Shown: positions 1 through 13,265 of the stretch, piece after piece
Position numbering within the stretch: position 1 is the first letter of the stretch
Layout of the letters: each line of letters opens with the position of its first letter
Source: Gnetum montanum
Lineage: Eukaryota > Plantae > Gnetophyta
Length of the DNA stretch: 64,000 nucleotides
Direction of reading: 5' to 3'
Assembly: GCA_015680685.1 (NCBI GenBank)
Contig: MNCI01001300.1
Span: forward strand, 12,155 to 76,154
Position numbers and translations under genes: made by a program
The notes under the pieces: generated by a model
What the model saw: the letters and a program-made list of their open reading frames with translations, nothing else
What the model was told of the DNA's origin: nothing
Database searches by the model: none

Positions 1-760
1 GGGTGACACCATTTGTCATCCTAAAATTTATTCTATAAGCCCAAAGTGCATGTATTAATCACTTCTGACATTTTTTTTTTTTGCTATTATTTAGCATCTT
101 TTTGAGAAGGTTTATGATTACTTTGTTGCTTGCTTTGGCTTTCTTGTTAGCTTGTGGAGAGTATGGTGATGAAAAGAAATGTTTAATGCCTAGTTGATCA
201 TAAAAGGTTTGTGTTTCTTTCCTATTAAACTATGGTCCATTTTCTGTGAATATATTTAGAGGTATGAAAAAATGGAACGCTATGTTATCAAGTATAAATT
301 TACAGACTTGTTGGAACGTTGTTTTCATTAGAGGGATAGCTTCAATACACTTTGTAAAGTATTTGATTGTAGTGAGGATGAATCTATGCCCTATAAAATA
401 TTTAGGTTTTATATGTCCAATAATTTCTATTCCTCATTATTAAAATGACCAAGCTATTTGAGTAGTGTATAACTCAGTTAGTGGCACATGTATTAAGTTG
501 TTGTGCCATTAATAGGTATCACAACTTTTAACCTTCTACATGTAGTCTCTTTCCACATAGGGCCAATAGTATTCTAATTGTCTAATCTTTGTAGCCATGG
601 CTCTAGGTCCTATATGTCCTCCACATACACCCTTATGAGCTTGCCAAAGGACTATGCAAGCTTCAATTTTGCCCAAACACACTAACAATTTTCCATCATA
701 GGACCTTTAACCTAATGTGTTATCAGCTACTATGACATATTATTTTGATCTTTTATATAC
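1..760 (-). pseudogene. Gypsy integrase remnant (element A)
   Basis: Minus-strand translation gives the HHCC-region motif 'QAHKGVCGGHIGPRAMATKIRQLEYYWP' (~560-650) and core motifs 'GIEIIGHI...HRFILTTIKYFTKCIEAIPL' (~330-440). Many stops. Confidence 0.88.
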
Positions 761-949
761 AACATCCTTTTAAGAAGTAATCAGGTTCCATGAAGGTTCA
801 CCATGCATTAGGTAAAACTTGGTATCTTCAAACCATTCATTTTGAGGAATATTGTCAATGGTAGCTATAGAGATGCCTTGAGTGTTCTCCACAATGACAA
901 TAGCAAAGTTCTCCATTAAAGAAGGTAATTTGCTAAACACATTTGGTGT

Positions 950-1335
950 CACACTTAGGGATAAGGTTGCAATGACATTAGCTAAGGTATTCTTGATTTG
1001 GGATATATGTTAGATGTCAACATCTATAAATTGTTGCATGAGTTTCTTGTCTAGGTTATAATAAGGTTGTAAATGTTTAGCTTTTCATGTATAAACCTCA
1101 ATTACTTAGTTAACCACTTGTTGCAAATCACCTTTTATCATCAAACATTGGATTCTTTGATTCTGAGCTACCATCATTTCTCTTATTAATCCTTCATATT
1201 TCACCATGTTTTTGGTACATGAAAACTGCAAACAATAAGAGAAAGGCCAAATTGTACTATATGATGATATTATGATGGTAGCAGCACTAGCTCCCTTAGT
1301 AGTGGAAGCTCTATCAAAGTGCTTGATGGCCTTGT
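950..1335 (-). pseudogene. Additional (archaeal-type) RNase H of element A, downstream of the Gypsy RH
   Basis: 'HFDRASTTKGASAA...FSCTKNMVKYEGLI...IKGDLQQVVN' matches the aRH pattern FDGAS..GAG / TNNxAEYEAL / GDSxLVVNQ. Confidence 0.85.
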
Positions 1336-1479
1336 AACCCTTGAGTACCTCGTTGACAATGTTGACATGTTCATTAAGAAATTCATAATTAATGGCTATG
1401 TTGTCCTAAACTAGGGTAGGTGTAAACTAGGCTATAACTTAACCTTTCATTGAGGCTTGGGAGATGTGATGTAGGTCAA

Positions 1480-3081
1480 ACTTGACTATTATGGCTTTTC
1501 ACTACACTATACACCTACTTTTATAAATATTTATGATTATGGTCCTTAGTACATTATCCTTGCATATGACATTGACTTAGCACCTAAAGAGATACTTTCT
1601 CCATTTCTTCAAGGAGAAGACTAAGGCTGGGCAATAATTCTTAACCTCCATGTATCATGTCTCATAGGCTATCAATGCATGACTCAAGTAGTACATGTGT
1701 AGCTCTACTCCATCATTTCATTTTTAACAAAGTAGAGAGCCTATGCACATGTCAGAGATTGCAAGGTAGATGTAGAATGGTTTATGTTTTTGAGGAGAAT
1801 ACACCATTGGTAGTTACGCCAATTTTTAGTTAAGATTATCAAAGGCTTCTTAGCATTGGTTAGTCCACTCATAGTAAACTCCCTTCTTAAACAAGTGTCG
1901 CATGGGTTGTAGCTTATCCATAAGCCTTGAGATGAGCCTACGAATAAATTGCAATTTACCTTGTAGTCCTCATAGCTTCTTAAGGTTAGTAGGTGCTATG
2001 AAGTTGGTTATGATCTTAACCTTATTAAGATTGACACGTATCTTAGCCTTAGATAATACAAAACCAAGCATCTTACTAGTTTTGATGCCAAAGACACACT
2101 TCTTAGGATTAAGCCTAATCGCATGCTTAAGACATCATTGCAGTAATAATTCAAGGTCATGTGCATCATCATTGGCTACTTTGGACTTGACTGCTATGTT
2201 ATCAACATAATCATTATGTAATTCTATCATGTAGTTGCTAAATATGTAGGTCATGCCTTATTGATAGGTTGCACCTTCATTCTTTAAATCAAAAAGCATC
2301 ATGGTATAACAAAGGTTCTCCAAGGGGTCATGAAGGTTGTGCAAAGTTGATGTTCTGGGTTGATCCTAACTAGGTTGTATCTTGAAAACCTAACGATCAA
2401 GGACAATAAGGCATGTCTAGCCATGGTATTGATAACTTGATCAATGCTAGGAAATGAAAAATCATCTTTAATGGTTACCTTATTAAGATCTTTGAAATAT
2501 ATATGGATACGAATGCTGTCATTCTTCTTGGGAACTACCACTATGTTAAATACCCAATTAGCATAATCAATAGCTCAAATGAAATTATCTTGGTAAAGCT
2601 TTTTCATTTCATCACGAACTGCTAGGGCTAGATTAGGTCTAACTTTACGCACTTTTTGTTTGATGGTTTTGATACTAGTATCAAGTATGATGTTATGTTG
2701 TACTAATCATGGATCAAGATGTAGCATATCCTCATATGACCAAACAAAGACCTTAATATTCTCTTAGAGAATCTTGGTGATGTCTTAAGCTTACTATGGT
2801 TTAAGTGAGGAACTTAGTTTTAGCATTTTCTCCTCACCATTGTGTATTCTAATGGGAATTTTAGCTAGAGAGTCCTCAATAATGTTACCAACCTAAAGGT
2901 TAAGGGTTTTAATTATGTGTTCAAGCCATTTGAGAGACTTTTTCATAGAGGCCCTATGGCCAAACAGGCTCTCAGCCTTAATATCTAGGTAATCAAGATC
3001 AATGGATCACTCAACATCATCATAGGGTCCATTAAGGCTCAGAGATAAGCTACATTGCACCCATGTGTCCATATTCTAGTC
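1480..3081 (-). pseudogene. Gypsy RT + RH remnant (element A)
   Basis: ORF 2299-2541 'VVPKKNDSIRI...DLNKVTIKDDFSFPSIDQ', 'YVDN' near 2200, 'VFVWSYEDM..LDP' near 2740 and RH 'FYIYLAISD' near 1770. One frame runs from a candidate splice acceptor at 3082-3083 to the RT N-terminus. Confidence 0.9.
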
Positions 3082-4250
3082 CTGCACATTAAGTGACATC
3101 TATGTGATAGGATTAACTAAATAATGCTAAAGTAATGCATCATGACATATTAATAGAACACCATTGGACTTAATAATGTCAAGACAAGGTGTAGCAAGAT
3201 ACAACAAGGCCAATTAATGTTATAAAGAATTAAGAATAGTAGCAAATGATATTCAATTATGCTAAATGAAGATGGCACAAGGCTAAATGATGATAAAAAG
3301 CAAGGCCAAACAAGGTCAAAGGTGGTAGAATATGGTTAAATATTGTTGTATGTTTCCATTTTTAGCCCTTACTAGGGCATGGTGTTGCCAATTTTAGGCA
3401 TTAGCAGACCATGATTGGGACTTATTTAATGTAGTTTGTTCACTTGTAAGCTAGGCAACATCATTGTAGGGCTTGTTGAAGTTTCTTGGACTAAGAATTA
3501 GCAAGTTTGGATTGAGTTTTTGCCTACCAAACATTCATACACTGAGTCTTAGCATTACTTTAGCATTATTTAGTTAATGACACTTCGATTCCCAGCTCCT
3601 GAGTCATTTTTGTTAGGTGAAGTTTTTAGATAATTTTGACTTAATTTCTAGCATTCTCAGGCTCCTACAATAGTATCCAAGCCTTAGGGAAGGATTTTCA
3701 TAATTTGTATGATCATTTTAAGCTCATTTCTAGTAATGAAATGCTTGTTTGTCCCCCACATGTTGGCCCACATGGTGGCTAGCATGTGGCACCTTCTCTC
3801 TCAATGTGTGAAGTTGATAACCTAGCTCAAGGACTCTTTCAATTGATTCTTGACTAATGTAGAATCATGGTGCTAGCCTAGTGGCTTAGGAAGTAAGATG
3901 CCTTGATTTTGAGGTTGGTTTAAGCTAGTAAAGAGTTGTCAAGGGCTCTACACACTAACCCACATGTTGGGCAATGTGCAGGACTATGGCCCTATCATAT
4001 GGGAGATTAGTGCTTAGTTTTTGGATTTCCCATGATTGGCTCTTTTCCTATATTATGCTTTTAAGATAGTGCAAAGGTTTTGGTATCAAAAATGATCATT
4101 TTGAAGCCAAAAGAAGTCATACAAAAACTACTTTGAAGCTAATACACTGGTCCATATGCTAGGAAGCATGTGGAGCTTGGAGCCTCAATGTGTGGAGACC
4201 CAAATTCAACATTTCTTTACTCAAATAAGATCAAACTTCAACTTGACTTC

Positions 4251-5700
4251 TATTGGCAACTATTTCAAACTACCAACATTTACTTTGATCTTGTAACTGG
4301 AATCATGGGAAACAAAGGTGTTCCTTCAAGCTTGGGTTTAGATGTTTGCTGGTCTATGGAAGCACCAAGGCCCAAATACCTCCAAATAAACTTAGTGGTA
4401 ATAGAGTGAACTAAGCATATATGTGTGTTTACTATTATGAATGTTGAAATGGTTGAGTTTATGTATAAAATTATAACATGCTATTATAATAGAAATTTAG
4501 CTAACCTTGTTAAATAATATGAGTCATTAAAGATTCCTATTTTGTCCAAGTTACTTAGTCTATATAGCCTTTATAGTACGTTGCTTGAAACCAAAAAAAT
4601 TTCACCAACATGCTTAAGCATCATTCTGCAAAAATCTACTCCTAGTTTTCCTCAGAGAGAAAGATCCACCAGAAAATTAGAAATAGAATAAGATTCAATG
4701 AATTTTAAAAGAGAAGAAGAAAGAAAGCATATTTTTGTGAAATATTAAACATTTAAGCAAGATAAATTGAACATGAGAAGACACTTTGAAATAAAACTAC
4801 TCCAGTTTAACCAAAAGTATTGCAAAATGTTGAAATCCTCTAAGTTCAACAAGAAATTTCATAAAAGACACTCTTATTAAACTACCAAAATTCTTTGTAA
4901 AAGAAAAAATACAAGCTATTATATGGCTAGTTAATAGTTGTCAAGAATTGTAATAAGAAATCTATCGGAAACAGTATAACAATTTCAAGATTGAACATGA
5001 AGAAAAACCTTTAAAATTAAAACTATTTCAAGTCAACTCAAAATATCAAAGATTTTCTAGATCCTCTAGACTCAAACAAGCAATTTCACAAAGACATTGC
5101 TATTAAATTGCTCAAGATGCCTTTCAAAGAACAACATAAGCTTTTACATGGCAAACAAATAGAAGTCTAGAATTCCATGAAAATAGAGCTATAAGAGCAA
5201 TTAGAAAAATCCAAAATTAAATGCCAAGCACAATACTATCTAAACTATTAGGTAAGAAACTAAGACAAAATGATAAGAATAGAACTCACAGAATTTAAAC
5301 AAAGACGCTAAATTGATGATGCAATTAGCAAGCCATTCTTACAAGTAATCTTTAATATTTCTTCTTGATTTTCCTTCCTTTTCATTCCACCCTTGAAGCT
5401 CTTTTTATAATGACTTCTTGGTAGTTACAACATCATGGAAAATTAAAATTAGTTACAACCACTACAGGAATTTATTTACAACTACCATAGAAATTAAATG
5501 CTATAGTTGTCAAGTATCATGTTCAATAGTTACAACATCATGGGAAATTAAAATTAGTTACAAACACTACGGAAATTTAGTTACAACTACCATAGAACTT
5601 AAATGCTATAGTTGCCAAGTGTCCTATTCATATAGGATATTAGATGACTATCCTACAAATCCTCCACATTTTGAGATCCTTCAATGATAATCACATTCCC
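4251..5700 (-). mobile_element. Diverged solo/partial LTR related to element B's LTR (R-U5 and TATA region); upstream end uncertain, possibly to ~6400
   Basis: The reverse complement aligns by eye to 23700-24913 and 33500-34709 (e.g. ccaaggcccaaatacctccaaataaacttagt). It starts 'tattgg' (=tgttgg). A ~107-bp tandem duplication lies at 5421-5630. Confidence 0.8.
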
Positions 5701-5859
5701 TTAAGAGAGCACGATTCATTGAATCTAGTCTTAAAGATATTTAATTTCTAAATGCTAAGTAACTTTTTATAATAGCATGCTTTTTAATGATTTGATTCAA
5801 TGCACCAAGCCCCATGTGCTATTTAATGATGTTAGGTGTGGCCTCACGAATGAACTCCA

Positions 5860-6360
5860 CATGCTAACATAGTGAGGTGTTGAAGTGACAACGATGATGT
5901 GGCACTATGATGATGTGGCTAAGATAGTTCATCAAACTAAATTTTAACTTCATGAAATGTCTTTACATGCACATGTAGCATAATGTTGATGTCAGGATGA
6001 TGTCACTAATGATGACATGGCAAAGTGATTTTATAGAGCCTAAAATCACCCTCACAAGCTAGCTCTACAACCTAACATGATGCTTTGCTAATGTCACTGA
6101 TGATATCATGTAGATATGGTAGAGGTAGCAGAACTCATCTAGATGAAAAATGGTGTTTCATTTATATGCTAACATGGCATTGCTAATGTCATGCTAATGT
6201 GGAGTCATGACAAAGCTAGTTTGTAGAGGAGAAATTTCACCCTCTAAACTGACTCAAAAAACTAATGTGGTGGGATGCTAAAGTGGTAAAGTCATATTGG
6301 CACTTTTGAAGTCATGATGACATCATGCTAACATGGAAGGTTTAGATTTACGTCAAATGG
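5860..6360. promoter_or_regulatory. Array of deaminated TGACGTGG/TGACGTCA (bZIP-type) motifs, likely LTR U3
   Basis: Repeated atgatgtggc, tgctaacatggc and gatgtca are consistent with C>T/G>A decay of GCTGACGTGGC. One ttacgtca survives near 6348. Confidence 0.45.
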
Positions 6361-7583
6361 AAGGTTTAGGATGCATTACTATGTATAGATTTAAATTTTA
6401 GATTTAGGGCTTATTTCCATGAATTTTCAAATATTTTTTCTAAGCCTATTCTTAGCGTATTTGCCCCAATTTTGATGGAAAATAGTTGAACTTTACTATT
6501 TTTCATAAGGTTATCACATAAATTTGTAGTTTTGGAGTCCATATGGCTGTTATAAGAGGTTTTGCAATGATATTGGAGGTGGAATCATGGGTTTTTCTTT
6601 GCAATCTATTCAATAGCATTTTTGGCCTTTTTATGGTTTTTTCTCTAAAAGATGGATAGCGTTAACCCTGCTAGAACCACATTTGGTAGTTTCCAAGCTC
6701 CTTGGGGGTTACCAAGGTAGTGTAGAGGGGCTTTGTATGAATTTTTTAATGTTTTAAAATTTTTTTGTATTTTTCCTAGAGGTCTTACTATAGCTATTTC
6801 ATGGTAAACTAGGTTTTTCCAAAAAAAATCCAAGTAATTCTAAGTTATAATTTAAATTCTTCTAAGGTTGTTGATGAAGGGTTTGATGAGGATTTGGGTT
6901 GCTTCAAGCTTGTTCCCATTGTTTATGGCTACAAATAAATTTTAAAAAAATTTTGTGAATTTTTCTAACCACTAGAACAATGTTAATCAATTGAAGTTTT
7001 TGCACTGAGTTTTGGGCTTTTCCAATTACATTAATAGCATTAGTCATTTTGCTAGGGATTTTGGCTATAATAGAATTTTTTCTAGGCATCTAGGCCAACA
7101 TATGGTAATTCCTAGGGTTGTTGGACCATCAATTTTTCATAGGTTTTCACTAACGGCGTATAGGTTTAATTATCCAATAAAACTCATGTTTCCACTGTTA
7201 TTTTCCATTGAACGTTTCTTGATCCTAGTGTATGAGCTCTTAAGATAGTTTGGCCAATAGAAGTATTGTAGATTCTTGCATAAGAGGCTTCAATGTTGTC
7301 AATTTGGCTTGCTAGTTATGTTAAAGTTTTATTTCATGTTAACTATTTTTGTGTAAATGTCTAGTAGAGATTTTTCATGTTAAGTGTTTGTGCAAATGTC
7401 AAAAGCCTATATTATAGTTCACATTATCATTGGAATCAATGAGTTTGATTATTTTTGGTGTTTTATTATTTATTTTCTTAATACCAATGCTAGCTTTGCT
7501 TGTGTTATATTTCGTTTTTATATTATCAAATTTTACCTTAATGTCATCATGTTTTCTTATGGCTATATGGTTTGGTTATGTAG

Positions 7584-8384
7584 GGTATTTTTGAAACCCA
7601 TCCTTGTTGTTGTTGAGCTAGTTGGGATCCTATTCTATATGGGGATAGCTACATAAAATAGCCCAAACCCCAACATGGTTCTTGACTATCATGACTTGAT
7701 GTGTTTAGGCCTAAAGCAAGAGAGTTTTTTATGTACTTGCTTCAAGACCTTAGTGTGATTATGTGGTTACACTTGGCTATGGACATTGTAGCCTTGGCTG
7801 CAAAGACTCTTTTGCCAAAATCTACCAGTCACATCACGAAGTTCATGGCAGATGATCCCATTACTCAAGTAAAGGGTAAGTAGCATAATGATTTGTTTAC
7901 CCTAGGGGTGCAAAAATTATTGAAGATCTAGGACATGCCTAGGTATTCTCAATATAATGCTAATAATACCTTGATGATGGGCCACTAGATCAATAGACTA
8001 TTTCAAAACCCTCCTAGAACCTTTTATCTTTTACAAGGGTAATCTCTATCTTAAATTTTCATTATTTTTTTTTTTTGCTATTCCCAAGCTATTTATACTA
8101 ATGCTTTTCATGCTCTTGTATTGAAGGTATAGGGTGCATGCGGGAGGATTAATCAAAAGTACTCAAGTTCTATCTATGGCACACACAGCCTTGGAAGTGT
8201 TTGCACAAGACCAAATTATGAGTTTGGTGATGTTACAAAAACTACATGATGACTTTGATAGGTATAATTCATGGTATTCTTAGGTTTACCACAAGTTTTT
8301 AGCTACTAGGGCTATTCATAATTGGTGAATCCTCCCATATTTAGGAGTACATGAACCTATGGTTTTGCCCAAGAAAAATAAGTA
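7584..8384 (+). pseudogene. Possible spliced accessory ORF remnant (unknown protein), antisense to element A
   Basis: Exon-like blocks bounded by tgtag| (~7583), |gtaag (~7877) and gaag| (~8126). Mostly open frames 'DVFRPKAREFFMYLLQDLSV...' and 'YRVHAGGLIKSTQVLSMAHTALEVF...PKKNK*'. Confidence 0.35.
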
Positions 8385-8599
8385 GTTTTTGTTTATGGAA
8401 GGTCAACATTCTTTGTTGTTCTTTCTTTTTAATTATTTTAGTTTTAGTTAGTTAGATATAGCATTATGTTTATAACTTCTTGGCTTTGTATGATCTACCT
8501 ATGTTGAAAGCTAACACACTATTTATGTTTGGTTGCAACTCCTATGCCTAGGTATATGAAACACCACCAAATCCAGACTACGACATCTTGATAGAAAAA

Positions 8600-9130
8600 T
8601 TTGTCTAAGTGTTGAGACTATGCTCTCCACTACCATAGAGCGTAGTTAGCTTCTAATGGAAAGCGTAGTTAGCTTCTCATGGAAAGCATAGTCAACACAA
8701 AGGATGTTTTCTTGCATATTTTTTCAAAGTGTTGACACTACATTCAACCCCAAGTGAGAGTGTAGTCAGCCTCTCGTAGAGAGCGTAGTCAACACAAAGG
8801 CTAGTTTTACAATTTTTTTCTAAGTGTTGGGACTATGTTCTCCACTACCCCAGAGTGTAGTTAGTCTCCAGTGGAGAGCATAGTCAACAAAAGGGTAGGT
8901 TTTCATGAGTTTTAACAAGTCTTAACACTACCCCTGCCCCCAATTGGAAGCGTAGTCTACAAGAAATTCATTTTTCTCAAACTCCCTTAGCACTGGGACT
9001 ACACTCTCCACTGCTCCAGAGCATAGTCAGCCTCCAGTGAAGACCATAGTTAGCACAAAGACTAGTTTTGCAATTTTTTCTAAGTGTGGGACAACGGTCT
9101 TCTCCAGTCTAGAGCATAGTCAGCCAAAGC
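8600..9130. repeat. Degenerate tandem array (~6 units, ~75-120 bp) with internal inverted repeats GACTACGCTC...GAGCGTAGTC
   Basis: Units start (ct)aagtgttg at ~8605, 8727, 8820, ~8917, ~8988 and 9080. Each carries gacta(c/t)(g/a)ctc and one to three gagc(g/a)tagt(c/t). Scattered copies continue to ~10045. Confidence 0.85.
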
Positions 9131-9521
9131 AGTCTTTAGTGGCCTCCATAGTGCAACAACGATGCTAGGATCAACTCTAGAATGCAATCAACTCACCTTT
9201 GACAAGACTAGTTGGAAAAATGCTTTTTTCTTGTATCCCCTTTTACCCCAAAATTGTAACTATGCTCGACCCCATGCGAGAGTGTGAAGAGTGTAATCCC
9301 ATGGAGCATAGTCTCTAGCTTGCATTTTTTAGGTACCTTATGGTCTTCTTGGCACACACATGTGGTTGGTAGCATAGTCATAGTCTCATGATCTCATAAA
9401 GTCCAATAGAGCATAGCAAAGCACAACACCACCAACCTAGTAGAGAGCATATTTGGTTGAGAGAGTGGTTCAAACCATTCCCTCGATCACGTGGCAGCCA
9501 TCTTACATTCCATGCTAACCC

Positions 9522-9540
9522 TAGGCCTATAAATACTTGC
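9522..9540 (+). promoter_or_regulatory. Candidate TATA box (cctataaata) for the antisense accessory gene
   Basis: It lies between the motif array and the CT-rich leader/ORF. Positional inference only. Confidence 0.45.
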
Positions 9541-9857
9541 GTTCTCAAAGTTTTTAGGATTGGTAAATTGGCAAATCAAAGACTTGGCAAACCTAAGAAG
9601 CACTTGGGAGAGAAACAAAGGCATACTGGTGAAGTTGTAGACCACCGTAACCCACTACAGTTCACTAGAACACCACAACCAACAGTACACCGTGGTGGCT
9701 AACCCAGCAAATGTAGACACCTTGGTGGAATGCCAGTCTTCACAACTAGACACCATTGAGACTATGACTATGTTGTCCACTACACCTATTATACACCATC
9801 TACCTTCTAACCCCTTTTGGTATTAACTACGCTCAATCCCATTTTGGGTGGCGTTCC

Positions 9858-9859
<2 letters not shown>

Positions 9860-9901
<42 letters not shown>

Positions 9902-9919
9902 NTCTCTCTCTCTCTCTCT
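9860..9919. repeat. (CT)n microsatellite containing an N
   Basis: Directly visible. Confidence 0.95.
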
Positions 9920-12089
9920 GCATTTTTTGCCCTTTACTTTCATTTTTCATTATTTTACCACATAACTATGCCTAAACTATGCTCAGGCAATGGTCTGCAT
10001 GTGTTGAGACCACCCACTTCATTAAAACTCTTGACTACACTCAACCCCACTAACACCATTGACACCACTTGAACACTTAGCACCATTTTGCATCAATGCA
10101 ACTAACCATGCTACATCCCCATTGCATCTAATAAGTCCTTATTCAATTGGCCAAACTATTCAAGGCACGCCATCTCCACCTCTAATAGGCCCTCATGTAG
10201 ATTTAGGGTTAGGTTGTGTGCCCATGGACCTCAATGGTCTACCCATCAATGTTTTTGGTCATTACAATATACCTTCACTATGATCATCTCAAGCTACATA
10301 GAGGGGAAAATAATACTTAAGTGGATTGAAGTAGACACATCACAGGAGTGGCCAACAAGCAAAGCTCCTGGGGAGATTTAGCAAAGGATCACTCATGTAG
10401 GTTTTCTAGATCTATTTATGCTTCCTAGCCCATTAATGGCCATCTAGAGATGATGAATGTAATTAATTTCTTTGATAAAGGAGTTAATAAATTCATCTCT
10501 CATGTCCATGATGTTCCCTTGGTTCTAAGCATTAATGAGTCAACATTTGACAATATCTTCGGTATACCTTCTAATGGTATCAAGGTTTTCATAATAGTAG
10601 GGTAAGAGGTGAGCCATAGAGAGGAAATGGAGGAATGGCTTAACTCACATAGTAATTGAACATTATCCTTTGATCAATGCAAAGTCAAAGAAGCAAATGA
10701 GATGTACCCTCTATTTTATTCTAGAGTACTTCCCCTATTGTTTTCATAGCAAAAGATCATAGACATTCAGCAAGCTTGAATCATGAAAAATGTCCTTACC
10801 AATGGTACTAAGTTTAACTAGGCTACCTTCTTAGTCTCTGGGCTACGAGATGAAATATGAAAATTCCTACAAAAACCTTGATATCATATGTCACATGTAT
10901 TTTACATTCTTTATTATATATCTCAGAAAGTTTGCAAAATTTCTAGTGGTTAAAAAAGATGAAACGTGGATAAGCCATTATCCCTTCCAACTTTTCAAGC
11001 CTTAGGAAAAACAAATCATTCGAGTGATGCATGTCCAAGACCCACTAGTTGAGGATATTAGAGAATCACTGTTAGTTACCACTATGAAGTTTAGTGACAC
11101 TCATTATTCTTCCCCTAATAGCATGGGGATTGAACCCTATATTACACATGGTAACACCAAGAGAGCTAGTAATGTATGTGCATAATTTGATGGTGCAACT
11201 AAAGAGAAGATGAAGAGGTCATTAATTGAAAAAACTTGAGAATTTAGAACTTAAAAGGGAGGTTATATAAGTTCCTTAATTTAAAATTCTACAACCAAAA
11301 ACACACACATAAATTTATGTAGTTCCCCAAGCTAGGTATGTCCATACTTGGAGGGTAGAATCCATGCACACCTTCAAACTTTGTTTCTTCAAAAAGTGGT
11401 GTGAAGGGCATCACACCTTGTACAAACTTTGAGCTTCACTTCGGATTATTTCATCACCACAAAACCACTCAATCCCACAAGGTCCCAACAAGCTTAATAT
11501 GTGGTTTATAGGATCCCATAACCTTTACAAAATTGAGCTCTACACTATAGTGTTTTGTCTTTGCAAAATCACTTATTCCCATAGGATCCCAACAAGCTCA
11601 ACAAAGATGTCTTCTCACAACAAGTACATCAACCTCGTAGGATAACAAGCAAGAAAGAAAAAGAAATAAGGCAAAAGTGTAACTTAATTTATAAATCATT
11701 GCACTTAAAGCACAATATAATCAACACAAGCAAATGATGACACAATGAAAAGAAAAAATAAATTTCCTTAGAGTAGCCAAGATGAATCTTTCAATGAATA
11801 ATACTTGCAAAATTCCCAAGATTTTCACTTTGTCTTATAACCTCGAAGTTTCCAAAAAATCCTTGGAATTCATGCAATAGCTATAAAATGACTAGTATAT
11901 ACTTCTACTTTGAAGTGTAGACATCTATATAAGAATTTCCTTAATGTAGGAGAGATGTCTACCTAGGTGAGTAGAAGTCTATTGTGACATGTCTTCCCAC
12001 AGACATCTACTATGTAAGATAAACATTTTTCGTTTCTAAGAGACGTTTACTATCTAGAGACACTTTTAGATATGAAGCATTTTTATGAC

Positions 12090-13265
12090 TGATGAGTGAC
12101 GAGGTACCCCTACACTCAACCATACGAATACGAGCGTGCATGCACGATCCGGTCGAACCCCGCAGACTAAATGCCTTAACACCACAAGAAACACTTGGGG
12201 TTAATCGTTCGTTGTCTTCCCAGGCTTGCTTGTAAGTGTCACGGTGTATGGTTAAGCAAGTCTGAGGTATGTGATTTTTTTGGTATTTTCANNNNNNNNN
12301 NNNNNNNNNNNNNNNNNNNNNNNNNNNNNNNNNNNNNNNNNNNNNNNNNNNNNNNNNNNNNNNNNNNNNNNNNNNNNNNNNNNNNNNNNNNNNNNNNNNN
12401 NNNNNNNNNNNNNNNNNNNNNNNNNNNNNNNNNNNNNNNNNNNNNNNNNNNNNNNNNNNNNNNNNNNNNNNNNNNNNNNNNNNNNNNNNNNNNNNNNNNN
12501 NNNNNNNNNNNNNNNNNNNNNNNNNNNNNNNNNNNNNNNNNNNNNNNNNNNNNNNNNNNNNNNNNNNNNNNNNNNNNNNNNNNNNNNNNNNNNNNNNNNN
12601 NNNNNNNNNNNNNNNNNNNNNNNNNNNNNNNNNNNNNNNNNNNNNNNNNNNNNNNNNNNNNNNNNNNNNNNNNNNNNNNNNNNNNNNNNNNNNNNNNNNN
12701 NNNNNNNNNNNNNNNNNNNNNNNNNNNNNNNNNNNNNNNNNNNNNNNNNNNNNNNNNNNNNNNNNNNNNNNNNNNNNNNNNNNNNNNNNNNNNNNNNNNN
12801 NNNNNNNNNNNNNNNNNNNNNNNNNNNNNNNNNNNNNNNNNNNNNNNNNNNNNNNNNNNNNNNNNNNNNNNNNNNNNNNNNNNNNNNNNNNNNNNNNNNN
12901 NNNNNNNNNNNNNNNNNNNNNNNNNNNNNNNNNNNNNNNNNNNNNNNNNNNNNNNNNNNNNNNNNNNNNNNNNNNNNNNNNNNNNNNNNNNNNNNNNNNN
13001 NNNNNNNNNNNNNNNNNNNNNNNNNNNNNNNNNNNNNNNNNNNNNNNNNNNNNNNNNNNNNNNNNNNNNNNNNNNNNNNNNNNNNNNNNNNNNNNNNNNN
13101 NNNNNNNNNNNNNNNNNNNNNNNNNNNNNNNNNNNNNNNNNNNNNNNNNNNNNNNNNNNNNNNNNNNNNNNNNNNNNNNNNNNNNNNNNNNNNNNNNNNG
13201 CCTCTTATTTATAGATATGGTGGCGGACCGCGATATCACGGCACAGTGCATGTCGCGTCTCATCA
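12090..13265 (-). mobile_element. TGATGAG...CTCATCA-family LTR insertion (apparent solo LTR), middle is an assembly gap
   Basis: Termini tgatgag/ctcatca with perfect TSD ATGAC (12085-12089, 13266-13270). Homologous to 62774-63479 and 17018-17893. Confidence 0.9.
12292..13199. other. Assembly gap (N run)
   Basis: Run of Ns. Confidence 1.

Noticed and set aside
1902-2210. Short ORFs antisense to retroelement domains (also 246-443, 27084-27269, 27969-28214, 36432-36659, 47882-48154)
   Set aside because: Shadow ORFs of decayed gag/pol on the other strand, with no independent motif support.
8600-9130. CRISPR-like repeat/spacer appearance
   Set aside because: The units are degenerate and the 'spacers' resemble each other. 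There are no cas genes and the context is eukaryotic TE sequence.
12089-12130. CTGATGAG hammerhead-ribozyme core / snoRNA box C
   Set aside because: Created by the TSD's last C plus the LTR terminus. No stem II/GAAA or box D arrangement follows.
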